64,000 nt of DNA from Mobula hypostoma. Its lineage: Eukaryota. The notes under the pieces were generated by a model. The model worked only from the letters and a program-made list of their open reading frames with translations, made no database searches and was not told where the DNA came from. Below are positions 49,758 to 63,066 of this stretch, piece after piece (position 1 is the stretch's first letter; each line of letters begins with the position of its first letter). The DNA lies in NCBI RefSeq assembly GCF_963921235.1, contig NC_086101.1, positions 141,422,001 through 141,486,000 of the forward strand, read 5' to 3'. Made by a program: the position numbers and the translations under genes.

Positions 49758-50880
49758 ATCTACTCCAAAAGTAGTAGAAGTGTTGCCGTGCTTTCTTCAC
49801 AATTGCACTTATGTGCCGAGTCTTCTTCCTAGGAACATCCTAAAGTAGGTAAAGATGTTAGAAAGGGGTAGTGGAGGTATAATTTGTCCTTCTGTGCTGA
49901 TCACCCCACCCTTGACTAAGCTGTTCCACCATGAACACGATCTGTTATGAGTCAACATGATGCTTTCAGATCAGGTCATGCATAGCACATACCTCCGCCA
50001 CACTGCTCAGGTGTGTTTCTGGACTAGCGACCCTTGTGCCTGTTATTTTTTTTTGTGTTCTATCGCTGAGCAGCAGTGAATCATCTGATTGGCCTGTCAG
50101 AGTTCTCTTTGGGAACTAGTTAACTTGATCAGCATTTCTGATCTGGCTATTGTTCACAGTTGCACTTAATAAAAACAAAAGATGGAGGTTTAGCAATATA
50201 CTGCAGAAGCAGCCAATGACATGGCCAACATCGGTGGAATGAAGAAAATGGGTGTGAGAGAAAGGTGCAGGAGCAAATTAATTTGGAGGAAACGAACCTC
50301 TCACTTGCTCTACTGCCAACTAAAAGTCCTATTTTGAGCCTTCCCTTTCCCCAAAGCTATTGCCAATTTTACAACATTGTCCCTACTGTCTGTGCACTGG
50401 AAGGAGACAAAACTGTTCTCTCTCCTGGTTTCATACTGGAGGGGCTTTCCAGACTCTTACCCATCATGAAACACAGCAGCATCAATACATACACCAAATG
50501 GACAAATGATCAGCTTGAAATGTTGGCATTAATTCCCACTCCTGGCCCAGGATAACACTTTCAATGGAGTTCTACAGATATGCTGCATCAGTAGGTTTCC
50601 CGAATTTCACATTACTTGTTTCGACTTTTTACTGTGCCTATAAGCACCCACAGTGACCACACTTCCAAACTTGCTCAATGGAAGCATGAATGCTTCTTGC
50701 TATAAATGGAAGTCTTTATTTTCTGATGTGATTCTTTCTTTCCTTTCAAATCTTTTTATTATTATCCAAAATTAACAAGAGTACGTCAAAGTAGGCAACA
50801 CTTAGAATGTCTCAAGAGAAAAAAAAAACATTGTTTTAAAGATTGAAAAAATCTTTCAATTTTTTTCTCACTTTGCTTTA

Positions 50881-51219
<339 letters not shown>

Positions 51220-51887
51220 TCAGCATTTGTGCTGTGAGAGCAAAAGCCAAACTGTAAACCGTCCCATGAGATTTTGCCTTAAGGGTCAAAAGTCAAGACA
51301 TGAATTATGAAATATTAATTTCTATCTGCCTTTAGGTTGAATTTATACTATAGAAACAGGTCTTTCAGCTATCTTATCTGTGTTGATTCCCTAAAGTGAT
51401 GGTTCAAATGCAGTCCCACTTTAGTAGGTAAACTGTATTGCTACTCTAAGGAAAATAATCCCAGTGTTAGCAGTTAATCCTACTTTTGGTATCATCTACA
51501 TCACTTCCGTTAAGCAGTAGTCAGACAAACAGCACCACTGGTGCCATGAAAATAAGAACCATACAACACAGGTGAACATTCAGCCCATAGTGGCTCTTCC
51601 AGCTCATTGACAATGTTTGATAATTAGTCACACTCACCCATTCTGCCTCCCTAGGCATGTAATTTTCTTCCCCTTTTCAGGCGTATTGAATTTCTTTCAG
51701 TTTCTACAATTTCCTCTCAGACAATGCATAGCAGATTATAGCATTTAAAAAAAAACTTCTCATCTACCCACATGCCTGATCATTTTGGCTTCTGCATGAA
51801 TGCTCTAATCTTTGGCCATCCCACAAAGGAAACATCCCACCACCCCTCAATCTTCTCCATCAAACCTCTTCATAATATGTATATCTA

Positions 51888-53223
51888 CAGGTGTCCCCCG
51901 CTTTTCGAACGTTCGCTTTACGACACCTCGCTGTTACGAAACACCTACAGTAGTTACCTGTTTTCGCTAACAGAAGGTGTTTTCACTGTTACGAAAAAAG
52001 GCAGCGCGCGACCCAAGCAGCCAAGCTCCTCCCCCGGAATGGCATTCTAGCCGGCGTTGCTTAAACACGTGCCTGTGAGCATCTGTGCTTTATGTCCATT
52101 TATTTTGAGCATCCGTTAGCAAGATGAGTTCTACGGTATCAGAAAAGCCTAAAGGAGTTTGTAAAGGTGTTACACTTAGCATAAAACTGGACATAATTAA
52201 GCCTTTCGATTGTGGTGAATGAAGTAAGGGCAAAGTGAGTTTGGCTTGTGGAAGTTGACGAAGATGATGTTGAAGAGGATTTGGCATCCCATGACCAAGA
52301 ACCAATAGATGAAGAGCTGATGCAATTGGAAGAGGAAAGGATAACAATCGAAACCAAATGTAGTAACGAACGGACCGAAAGTGAAGTCATCCAGGAACTG
52401 AACGTGAATCAACTGCGTGAGATTTTCGCTGCAATTGACAACAATGGTTGCAGAAAAATACAACTTTAATTTTGAATGGGTACGTAGGTTTAGGGCATAT
52501 TTGCAGGATGGTTTGTGCGCTTACAAAGAACTGTATAATAGAAAAATGCGCGAGGCTAAGCAGTCAAGCATACTGTTGTTTTTCAAGCCTTCCACATCAG
52601 CCACAGCAGACAACGAACCTCAACCTTCGACATCGAGGCAGGCAGACATAGAAGATGACCAGCTTGCATTGATGGAAACAGATGACGATGAGATGACACC
52701 CCAGTGTCCCACCACCCCAACCTCCGACGACTCAGCCTAACACACAATCATCAGTGTGCTCGCTGTCTTCCCAATGCTGGTAAGTGATACTACACTGTAC
52801 ATACATAATTTCTACTCTATACAGGCTGTGTATTTTTATGTGTTATTTGGCATGATTTGGCAGCTTCATAGCTTAAAGGTTACTGGAGAGAGTGTTTCTG
52901 CCAAGGGCGCATGCACCGAGTGCTTCTGCCGAAAGCGCTTGCGTGAGATTTCTGCTACGGTGGACAATACAATGATTGCAGCAAAGAATTTCTACTTTAT
53001 ATAGGCTGTGTATTTATCATATCTTTCCTGCTTTTTTACTATATGTTACTCTTATTTTAGGTTTTATGTGTTGGCATCATTTGGTAGGTTATTTTTTGGG
53101 TCTGCAAATGCTCACAAATTTTTCCCATAGAAATAAATGGTAATTGCTTCTGCACTCTACCACATTCTGGCTTATGAACCGTTTCATAGGAACGCTCTAT
53201 CTTTGGATGACGGGGGAAACCTG
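51888..53223 (+). mobile_element. Internally deleted Tigger/pogo-like transposon
   Basis: TA|CAGGTGTCCCCCG start and CGGGGGAAACCTG|TA end. Residual N-terminus (KGVTLSIKLDIIK) and C-terminus (YKELYNRKMREAKQSSILLFFKP). No DDD catalytic domain seen. Confidence 0.85.
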
Positions 53224-54299
53224 TATCTAATTCCAAAGCAAACACATCATGAAACGGCATCAAACAAGCCTTCCAAAATAAACCATTTTTATATGGGATT
53301 AGTTTTCTATTGAAAAACAGCAACAAATGACAGACCACACAGAACATAAAATAAAAGACAAAGAAGCATCCTCCAATCCTTCAGTCTCTGAGTTTGTGCT
53401 AAACTCTGGCACTCAGTAATTTGGCACCCTAACTCTCACCATTCACCTCTGTGCTCCCCAACACACATCACCTTGTTCCTGAGTCATTTTATCACTCCAC
53501 CAATGAGAATTACTTGAGCCAGAAGCTCTGAAAGTCACTTCTTCTCCGACCTGCTACCAAGCACCCCTCAACCCTACCTTGAAAGTTTTAAATCACCCGT
53601 CCTAGTAAATCCTTACGTGACCAGGTAGCATTTTGTTTTACGGGACCTCCTTCCATTCCAATCACTCAAATGAAGCCCCTTGGGAAATTGTGTTTCATTA
53701 AAAGATTGTGTGCACTGTAAACCTGATAATTCAGCATGTTTAGCACGAAAGTGATGCTACACCAGCAGATTCTTCAGGTTACTGTATAACAGTCTTTGAT
53801 TTCACTTTTGTTTGCAATGTGTTTGGTAGCATAATAAATTTTCCAGGGAACCTACAAGGTTAAAAGTAGCAGGAAACATACATGCCTTCTGGACCTTCAT
53901 TCTGGCCACAGAACTACACACCTCTTGAACCCTCATCCTCCAACTGGTCTCCAGCCTCACCTGGTCAAAGTTCAGTTAAAATACAATGAATGTAGTCACT
54001 GGTCACTGCTGAAGAGTAGAAAAATTGCCAGAAAACGAACACTGTTTTAGTGATGTCTATTGTAGGATAATTATTGACCAGAATTCTGGATAACTCACAA
54101 CACTCTTTTTTTGTGCACATTGGACATCAGTTTGAAATCTCATCCATGAAGTGGCATGTCCTACAATTCATCCATTGCTACTGCACCAGTGTCGGCCTAG
54201 GACTTTATCATTGAGTCATGGTGCATGGAATCAGGCCCATCACACCATCTAGTCTGCACCAGCCATCCAACACCCACTTACACTGATCTCCCCATTTTC

Positions 54300-54520
54300 C
54301 TCTAAACTGCTCCCAGATTCTGCCATTCGGCCATACACCAGGAACGATTCACAGTAGACAGCTCATCGACCACCTCACATGCTTTTGGGTTGTGGGAATA
54401 AAACTGGAAACCTACACAGACCCAGGGAAAACTCGGAAGCTCTACACAGAGAGCACCCAAGGCCAGGATTGTACCTGGGTCACTGGAGCTGTGAGCAAGC
54501 AGTTCAAACATCATGCTGCT
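54300..54520 (-). mobile_element. V-type SINE remnant
   Basis: TGTGGGAATAAAACTGGAAACC...CAGGGAAAACTCGGAAGCTCTACACAGA is a reverse V core. Confidence 0.55.
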
Positions 54521-55829
54521 CCTGTGACTTGCTTTGAAATCTCTTGGGACCTCCCGACTTGGGAAAAATTGAGCTACCTGAGCCAAGGTAGCTATCAAGT
54601 GCACTTTACAAACAAAAATGCTTTGCCATCAAGACAAGTACCAGCATGAATGGGTACTGGGAACTTAAACAGCATCTCCTTTCACTTCTTTTATGTCTTT
54701 TTATTTCAGATGTGGATCTGCGACTATTAGAGACTGTTATCTACACGATAGCGGTATGTTTTCAGGCCGACCAAGCAATCTGGCGCTTAGCTGTCTCCGA
54801 GAGAGTTCCGCGACTGATCTCTCTCTCGTTTGATGCTGTTGGAGGATGCTGCTCGGGCAAGGTTTAATCGAAGCAGTTTGTGGATTGTGGACTCTAATTC
54901 ACGTTTATGATGTGTTCTAGTTTCTGGTCGTTCCTTTTTCTTTTGTTGCTACGTTTTGGGTGATTTTTGTATCAGGGTGGCCTGCATTTAGTGAACTGAA
55001 CTGAAATATGCTTTTTGATTTTGTATTTTATATTCTGTGTTTTTGCTCCTTTTTGGGTGCCATTTGCATGATTTGTTTTTATTTTTGTGTATCGGGCTGG
55101 TGTTTTTTCTTTGAATGGCTTCCATGGTTCTTTGTTTCGTGAGTCTCTGCGGGGAAGACGAACTTCAGAGTTGTATGCTGCATACACACTTTGCTAATAA
55201 ATGTACTTTGAACAGCTTCCTAACTAACTGGGTGGGCTGAAGACACCTTCAAAAGTATTTCCACAGGATTTAGTACACAATGGTTTATAAGAACATACTA
55301 GCATCTACACAGGAGAACCCGGAGAGTAATGTAAAGTAACACCATTAATTATTCCAGTTTCATCGATAATTAATCCGAAAAAAAAATGCACATCAGTCAA
55401 AAACATCCGAGCAAGAATGCAGTAATGAGGTTTGGCTTCAGGAATTTTTTTTTTTAAACATGTCTCCCTTCTTCTCAAGGAGGGTTGTGTGCAGGCTGCT
55501 TGTATTTAACCAAAGAACAGCAAGGAAAACAGTCTTGCTTTTATTCCTGCTATTTTGCACAAAATAAAGAATAATAAAGAGTGTCAGAGCTCAGGATCAG
55601 ATGATTTCTCCCCTAGGCCTTGAACAGAAGTAGGTGAGGAAACAGTGAATACAATATTATAGCCATCCAAATTTTTCTTCAATGAGAAATTGTAAGCTAC
55701 AGCTATCCAAAGTCCATGTTAGGCCACACCTGGAGTAGCGTGCACAGTTCTGACCAGCACACCTTAGGAAGGAGATCCAGAATTATACCTGGGTTATATT
55801 ATGGCAATGCGATTAAAGATCTCATTAAA

Positions 55830-56560
55830 GCATCAGTGGTGGAGATGGGGTCAGTAACTTTAAATTCCTGGGTGCTACTATCTCAGAGGACCTATCCTAG
55901 ACCCATCATATAAATGTAACTGCAAAGAAAGCATAACAGTGCCTCCAATTCCCTAAGTCTGTGGAGATTTGGCATGGCATCAAAAACTTTGACAAACTTC
56001 TACAGACGTGTAGCGGAAAGTGCGCTGACTGGCTATGTAACAACCTGGTATGGGAACACCAACACCTTTGAATGGAAAATCCTACTGAAGGTAGTGGTCT
56101 CAGCCCAGTACATCATGGATAAAGCCCTCCCAACCACTGAGCACATGTACATGAGATATTGTCAAAAGAAAACAGCATCCATCATCAAAGACCCTCACCA
56201 CCCAGGCCATGCTCTTTTCTTGCTTCTGCGTAGAAGATACTAGAGCCTCAGGACTCACACCATCAGGTTCTTGAACAAAAGAGGATAACTACACTCATCT
56301 ATTGAGATGTTCCCACAACCAATGATCTCACTTTAAGGACTCAATCTTGTTATGTCATACTTCATGCTCTCATCATTTATTGCTATTTGTTTATATTTGC
56401 ATTTGCACAGTTTGTCTTTCATGCTCCACTTGTTCTTTCATTGATCCTGTTTATAGTTACTGTTCTTATAGTTTGCCGAGTATGCCCACAGAAAAAAAAT
56501 CTCAGGGTTGTAGGTGGTGACATATATGTACCCTGATAATAAATTCTACTTTTGAACTTC
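55830..56560 (+). mobile_element. Degenerate Rex1/Babar-type LINE 3' fragment
   Basis: SKTLTNFYRRVAESALTGYVTTWYGN...IIKDPHHPGHALF. Confidence 0.8.
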
Positions 56561-56594
56561 GAAAGTACAGCTGTATTGCCAGCAAGCTAGGATA

Positions 56595-57200
56595 CACATA
56601 GAACAGTACAGCAAATACAAGCCCTTTGGTCCACGATGATGTGCTGATATTTTAACCTACTCTAAGATCAAATTGACACTTGCCTCCATTTTTCTTTCAT
56701 TCATGTGTCTCTCTGTGTGCCTTTAAATGTCTCCAACGTATCTGCCTCAAAACACCAACACCCCTGGCAGTGCATTCCACACCCCCACTAGTCTGTAATA
56801 GCCTACCTCTGATGTCCCTCCTTTATATTCCTCCAATCACCTTAAAATTAGCCCCTTTTGTATTAGCTATTTCCACCCTGGGAAAAAGTCACTGTCCACT
56901 CTGTCCATGCCTTCATCATCTCATCCGCCTCCATCACATCATCACTCATCCTCTTTTACTCCAGAGAAAAGCCCTAGCTCGCTCAACCTGCTCTCACAGG
57001 ACATGCTTTCTAATCCAGGCAGCATCCTGGTAAATCTCCCCTGCACACTCTCTAAAGCTTCCTATAAAGAGGGGACCAGAAATGAACACTTCAAGTGTGG
57101 TGTGACCAAAGTTTTATAGAGCTGCAACATTACCTCACTGATCTTGAGCTTGTTCCCCCAACTAATGAAGGCCAAGATGCTAACCACCCTATCAACTTGA
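56595..57200 (-). mobile_element. CR1 LINE 3' fragment
   Basis: The reverse strand gives an MLQLYKTLVTPHL-like sequence and a CR1-like 3' UTR. Confidence 0.7.
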
Positions 57201-57904
57201 GCAGTGAAAGGGAGATTTGTTTGGGTTTTGGGTTATCAAGAGGAATTTTGTAACGGGAATAGAGGGAAATCGTTTCAGTTGGCAGGATCCAGAAAGTGAC
57301 GAGACTAAGACTAGGGAGTATTGAACCCAAAGCCTTTCAGAAATGAGAGCAGAATTTGAAAGTGAAACAAGGGCCATTTCAACACAGAGATTTGAATCAC
57401 TTCTACTAGTGCCAGTTGATGCTACATCAAATATTAATTTTAAATGATTGATAGACATTTGTTAACAACAGGTATTAAAGGATATGAAGCACCATAATCT
57501 CATTCAGGCTCCAAATCTTCAAAGACACTGTATGCTCAAGTGATAATTTCTTTCAAGTTCTGTGACATCTGTGAAACCCATATACACAGTAGGGAGGAAC
57601 AGACACAAAATCTTTCAGAATATGTGACCTAAACAGTTTCTTTTGTTAGATGTTGACTTAGGACACTGATCAGGACCTGAAATCCAATTCTATATTCTCT
57701 TTTTTAATCCAACCAGTCTCACTGAACAGTGTGGCATACCTCCAGTACAGCCCTCTAAAATTAGACTTATTATTACTAACTTAGATGGCGTGGAATTTCT
57801 TGTTCATGGCAGCAGTACAGTGCAATTTATGATACTCAAGACAACTGTTCTGCCAAGTTAAACTAACTGTACCATCCCTCCATTTCTTGTTCATGTGCTC
57901 TTAC

Positions 57905-58105
57905 TGCCTCTTCGATGATGACGTCGACTCAGGCCTGAGAGGCCAGCGTCAGACATTTTCATGCCTTACAAGGCGCGGAACGAGAGTCTGTGTGGGGCGC
58001 CACTCCTCGCACAGATATTTCGCAGTACAGTATTTTCTTTATTTTACAGAGGTCGAGTTGTGAGCTCAACACTCAACCCAGCACAGATGGAAAGTGTACT
58101 CGGGA
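57905..58105 (-). mobile_element. 5'-truncated SINE sharing its core with 4909-5154 but carrying a different tail
   Basis: AGCTCAACACTCAACCCAGCACAGATGGAAAGTGTACTC versus AGCTCGACACTCAACCCGGCACAGATGGAAAGTGTGCTC. Confidence 0.65.
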
Positions 58106-58774
58106 AGATTGCTAAAATCTTCAACATTGTTAAAATACCTGTTTCCTTCACTTCTTCAGGCATCACATTCCAGGCACCCAAACTCTGAGTAAAAAATATA
58201 TTTGTAAATCTCCTTTAAACTTCCCCCCATCACCTTAAAGCAATATCCTCTAACATTTGACATTTCTAACCAAGGAAAATGACTGTCTATCTCTTCTTTT
58301 TATTATTTTATATACTTCTACCAGGTTGTCTCTCAGCTTTCAACACTTCAGAGAAATAAAATCTTACCCAAGCTCTCTGCATAACTAATTTCTTGTCCAG
58401 CCAACATTGGGAAGAAAATGGCGCCAGCAAGCAATGCTACCAAAGGCAACATCCTCAAGACGATCATGAAGCAACTCCTGTCACGTCATCTATTTATTTC
58501 AGATATGGTTCTGCTTGTTTTTTTTGCACATGAGGAGGTGTTTGATGTTTCTCTGTAAACTGGTTCTGGTGGTTATCCTTTGTTTTGTGGCTGTCCGTGG
58601 GGAAGACGAACCTCAGGGTTGTATACTGCATACATACTTCGAATCCTTGAAAATCTCACTGAACCTCTTTAGCACCTTCCACAAGGTTTCCCATCCTTCC
58701 TGTAATGGGATGACCAGAATCCATGCAATATTCCAAGTGTTGCCTAACAAAAGTTTTATGTTGCAGACTCTTCA

Positions 58775-59560
58775 GAATCAGGATTATTACCATTGACTTA
58801 GATGACATGAAATTTGTTTTCCAGCAACATAGTGCAAAGACAAAATTATTATAAATTACAGAAATAAATAAAATGCACAATAAAAGAAATAAAGAGCTCG
58901 TGTTCATGAGTTCATAGATCGCTCAGGCATCTGATGGTGGAGAAGAAGCTGTTTCTGAATTATTGAGTGTAGGATTTCAGGCTCCTGGACTTCCTCCCCA
59001 ATGGTAGGAGCGAGAAGGTGGCATGTCCCAGATGGTGAGTGTCCTTCCTGAGACACCACCTTTCTGGTGTCGTTGATGGTGAGGAGGCTTGTGCCCATGG
59101 AGCTGGCCGAGTCTGTAGTCTTCATGATGCTGCACTGGAGCCTCAACACCCAGCTGTGCTTTAGCCTGAGTGCTCGCCATTGTACACTTACCAAATTTGC
59201 ACGAGTCTTTGGTGACATACCAAATCTCCTCAAACTCCAAATGCAGTAGAGCTGCTGGCATACCTTTGTTGTGATTGCATCAATGTATTAGACCAGGGAT
59301 CGGCAAACTTTTTGCCTCTGTGGGCCAGATCGCGTATTAATGAGCGGACGGTGGGCCAGATAAATGCCATAAAAAACTTGAAATATGGGAATTATCCATT
59401 TAGGTACATCTAATAATGTTTTGCCTCAAATTAATGAATAATGCATGCTAGAAAATCATTTGTGCTTAAGGTTGCCTGCCCCTGTGTTAGACCCAGGAAT
59501 GATCCTCTGAGATGTTGAGGGCCAGGAACCTAAAGCTGCTCATCCTTTCCACCTTCTTAT
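58775..59560 (-). mobile_element. Degenerate Rex1/Babar-type LINE 3' fragment hosting a hAT MITE
   Basis: RRFGMSPKTRAN. Tail AGAATCAGGATTATTA on +. Confidence 0.75.
59294..59484. mobile_element. hAT (Charlie-like) MITE
   Basis: TIRs CAGGGATCGGCAAACTT / AAGGTTGCCTGCCCCTG. 8-bp TSD TATTAGAC (59286-59293) / TGTTAGAC (59485-59492). Confidence 0.85.
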
Positions 59561-60169
59561 ACACAATGTCTAACCGATGAAGGTACAAGTTCCACATGCC
59601 TTCTTTCCTACCCCATTTTTTTGTGTTTCTACTTTCAGGGAGCCATAGACTTGGACCCCAAGATCCCTCTGTAGGTCAATGCTCCTAAGAGACTGAAGGC
59701 GGGGGTTCCATGTGGATCAGGGCCTAATGCCACAGGGTTGCCTGCTGCAGTCGCTCGAGGAGGAGACGCCAGAGGCGGTGTGGCACGGCGGGCGTCCATC
59801 CTGGGTTGGGGGGCTGGCCCCTCCAGTTAGTGCCGTCCTCCAGTGTTGGCTCGGTGGAAGAGCAGCTGGATTGCGTTCATCTGTGGCTACACTACCGCGT
59901 GATGATCGGACTGCCGCGGGCTCATTCTTGCTGACATCCCATGCACCATCACTCTACAGGACATGACAATCAGGGACTTGGGCAACATTATTATTTTTTG
60001 CGTGATTGTATGGTTACTGCCATCCTAATTTTATGTGCTATATGCGCCTTGTGCTGTGTGTGACTATTGGTACTATGTTTGGCACCTTAGCCCCGGAGGA
60101 CACGGTTTTGTTTGGTTGTATAAATTGTACTTCATGTGTGATTTAATGCAGATTAAACTTGTACTTGAA

Positions 60170-60805
60170 CAGCTGTCCCAGCACTAATTCTTGCAGAACA
60201 CCACTAGTCACAGGTGCCCAGTCAAAGAAACACTGCTCCAACACCAACATCTATTTTTTTTTAAAAGGCCAAACCAGCTTTGAACCCAGTCTAGCAGATC
60301 AGCAAGGATTCCACTGCCTCAGTCTTCTTGATCAGAAGATCCTACCATGCTGGATCTTGTTGAATGCTTTAACTAAACTCCTTCATTCATCTTTGTCACT
60401 TCCTCAAAAAAACCTCAAAAAAAATTTACATGGTATGCCTTCCCCCCAGATAAAAACAATACTATCCCTAATAACTTCATGCTTTTCCAAAGGTGAGAAA
60501 ATCTTACCTCCAATAATCGTTCCCAATAGTTTTCCCACCAATGATGCAAGTTTCAGCAGCTTAGAATTTCCGAGTTTGTCCCTACTGCCTTTCTCAAACA
60601 CAGCAACAACACTGGGTATTCGCCAGTCCTCTGGGATCTCGCCTGTGGCTAAAGAGATTATAAAGGTCTCTATCAGGGCCCTAGGAATTTCCTCTGCTGC
60701 TTCTCTCAATAAACAGAATTAGATCCCAGCAGACCCCGGGGACTTATCCACCTTAATGTTCTTCAAAAGGCCCAGCAGTTCCTCCTTTTTGATATCAGCA
60801 TGTCC
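60170..60805 (-). mobile_element. Degenerate CR1 ORF2 fragment
   Basis: SLATGEIPEDWRIPSVVAVFEKGSR. Confidence 0.75.
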
Positions 60806-60839
60806 TAATATCTACAGGAATGTGCAAAAGTCTTGGGCA

Positions 60840-60864
60840 CATATATATATATATATATATATAT
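60840..60864. repeat. (TA)n microsatellite
   Basis: Read directly from the sequence. Confidence 0.95.
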
Positions 60865-61616
60865 AGCTAGGGTGCTTAAGACTTCTGCACAGTACTGTAG
60901 CAATTTTACATATTGCACTGTACTGCTACCGCAAAAAATCAAAACAAATTTAATAAATACGTGAGTGATGATAAACCTGATTCTGATATGGGTCTCTATT
61001 GTGGACATAGAGTGGGAAGGAGGCAGGGAGAAGGGAATTATGGTTGGGGAAAGGGGGAAGGAGCAGAAAGTACCAGAGAGACATTTTTTAATGATCAGTA
61101 AAACAGTTGCTTGGATTCAAATTACCTTGCCTGGTGCCTCAGGGCTGGGTGTGTTTGCACCCATGCCACCCCCTGCCCCCCACCCCTGGCACTTCTTCTC
61201 TGCCACCTGCCCCACACCCCTCCCGTGGTGCTCCGTCCTCACCATTCCCAAAATCCTTTGCTATTGCCAGGTTTATAAACTCACTCTCTGCTCCACGTTG
61301 ACAAACAGTACCGTGCAAAGGTCTTCGGTATATACACACATATATTTTAGCTTTCAAAATCTTCCTTTCTCTTTATATCATCACTTGCAACATTTCTATT
61401 CATCCAAGGTTTCCTATCCTTGCAATCCTTGTCTTTCATCCTCACAGGATCATGTCAATCCTGAATTCTGATCAACTGGCCTTTAAATAATTCCCATGTC
61501 GGATGTGGACTTACCCAATAACAGCTGCTCCAATCTACTCTCTCCATTTCCTGTCTAATACTGTTGCAAACAGCCATCCCTCAATTTTGAACTTCTGCCC
61601 ACCTCTGATAGCAGTA

Positions 61617-62765
61617 CAGTGGATTCTGGTTAATGGGACAGTTGAGACAAGTACATTTTGGCCCCAATTAGTCAACGTTTCATGAAAATAGTTAAAAACG
61701 TAAATAAAAAACTGAGTGACAAATTATGTATTTAAATGAAACACAGAACAAATTAAAACACTACCAATGCTACTATAATACTATAAGACTGTGCATTAGT
61801 TCCTAATAGTTATCGGAGGAATTCATCCACAAAAAATGAGCATAGACACCTTCCTACAATGACTGCACTTTCCAAATCTTCATTTTCAACATAACATTCA
61901 ATGTGATTGTCAACACCTTCAAATTCTTCATAGTTCCTAACTTGTTGAGGCAGTGCAATCATCTCATTTTCACTCCCGGTCATTTTTGGGGCAGCTGCTT
62001 ATTTAGAACGACTCTTAAAAAACAACTAATCGATAAAATAGCTAGGATTTTCTTTGTTTATTTGAGACACAATGCCGCTTAATTGGGACAGAAGACGGCT
62101 GCTGAACAGTTTTTTAACTAGTGTCAGTCGTGTGCGCTTGTGTGGCCATTAGACAACACTGTGCTTCGAGCGAACAGTTTTAAAATAGCGTCAGTGCTTG
62201 TGTTTGCATTCAAAAAGCAATTATTTTTATCACTGATAGTTGGGAAGAAATAAACAGCAAGGTAATTCTGAATTATTTTGCTCAGTGGTTTCAAGCATTT
62301 AGGTTTGGAGATGCCAGAAACTCCCAGGAGTGAAAATGAGACGATTAAATGACTTCAAAAAGTTAGGAACTACAAAGAATTTGAAGGTATCAACAGTCAT
62401 CTTGAATGTTGCAATGAAAACAAAGATTTGGAGCATGCAAGCATCAACAGCATTGTATGAAGGCAGTCCATTATGTGCTCAAGGTGTTTGCGCTGATTTT
62501 GTTCATTTACAGTCGAAAGAATGTGATGCAGATGAATTCTTTCATCTATGTTAGGAACTAGTACACAGTTTTATAGCACCACAGTAGTATTGGTAGTGTT
62601 CTTATTTGTTCTGTATTTCATTTAAATAGACAATTTGTTACACAGTTTGTTTATGTTTAAATACCTTTTTAACTACTTCCATGAAACTTTGGCTAATTGA
62701 GGCAGCCACTTAATTGGGCCAAAACGTATTGGTCTCGATATGTCCCAATTAATTGGAATCCAGTG
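61617..62765. mobile_element. Foldback-type Tc1/mariner (pogo/Tigger-like) non-autonomous element with very long inverted arms
   Basis: TA|CAGTGGATTCTGGTTAATGGGACA start and TGTCCCAATTAATTGGAATCCAGTG|TA end. Inverted similarity continues inward (61720-61810 vs 62550-62640; 61865-61980 vs 62325-62430). Confidence 0.82.
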
Positions 62766-63066
62766 TATATGAAATTGAGGGGCCAAGACAGGATAGTCAG
62801 GGACTACAGTATTTCCACTCCAAAGCAGAAATGCCAAATACAAGAGGGCGTAGACTTAAAGTGAGAAGGGAAAATATTAAGAGACTGAACAGGCAACTTT
62901 TTAAAGGAATGAATAGAGGGAGTGGCAGGTGCCTGGAATGGTGGTGGAAGCACATAAACAGCAATGTTCAACAGGCATTTGGAAAGCCATTTGAGAAGGC
63001 AGGTGGGAATAGCAACCTGGATGGCATAGAATCTTGGTTCAGAGGGCCTGTTCCTATGCTGTTCTA

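Noticed and set aside
52248-52469. Acidic ORF that might be an extra ANP32B exon
   Set aside because: Wrong strand, and it lies within the TIRs of a Tigger-like element.
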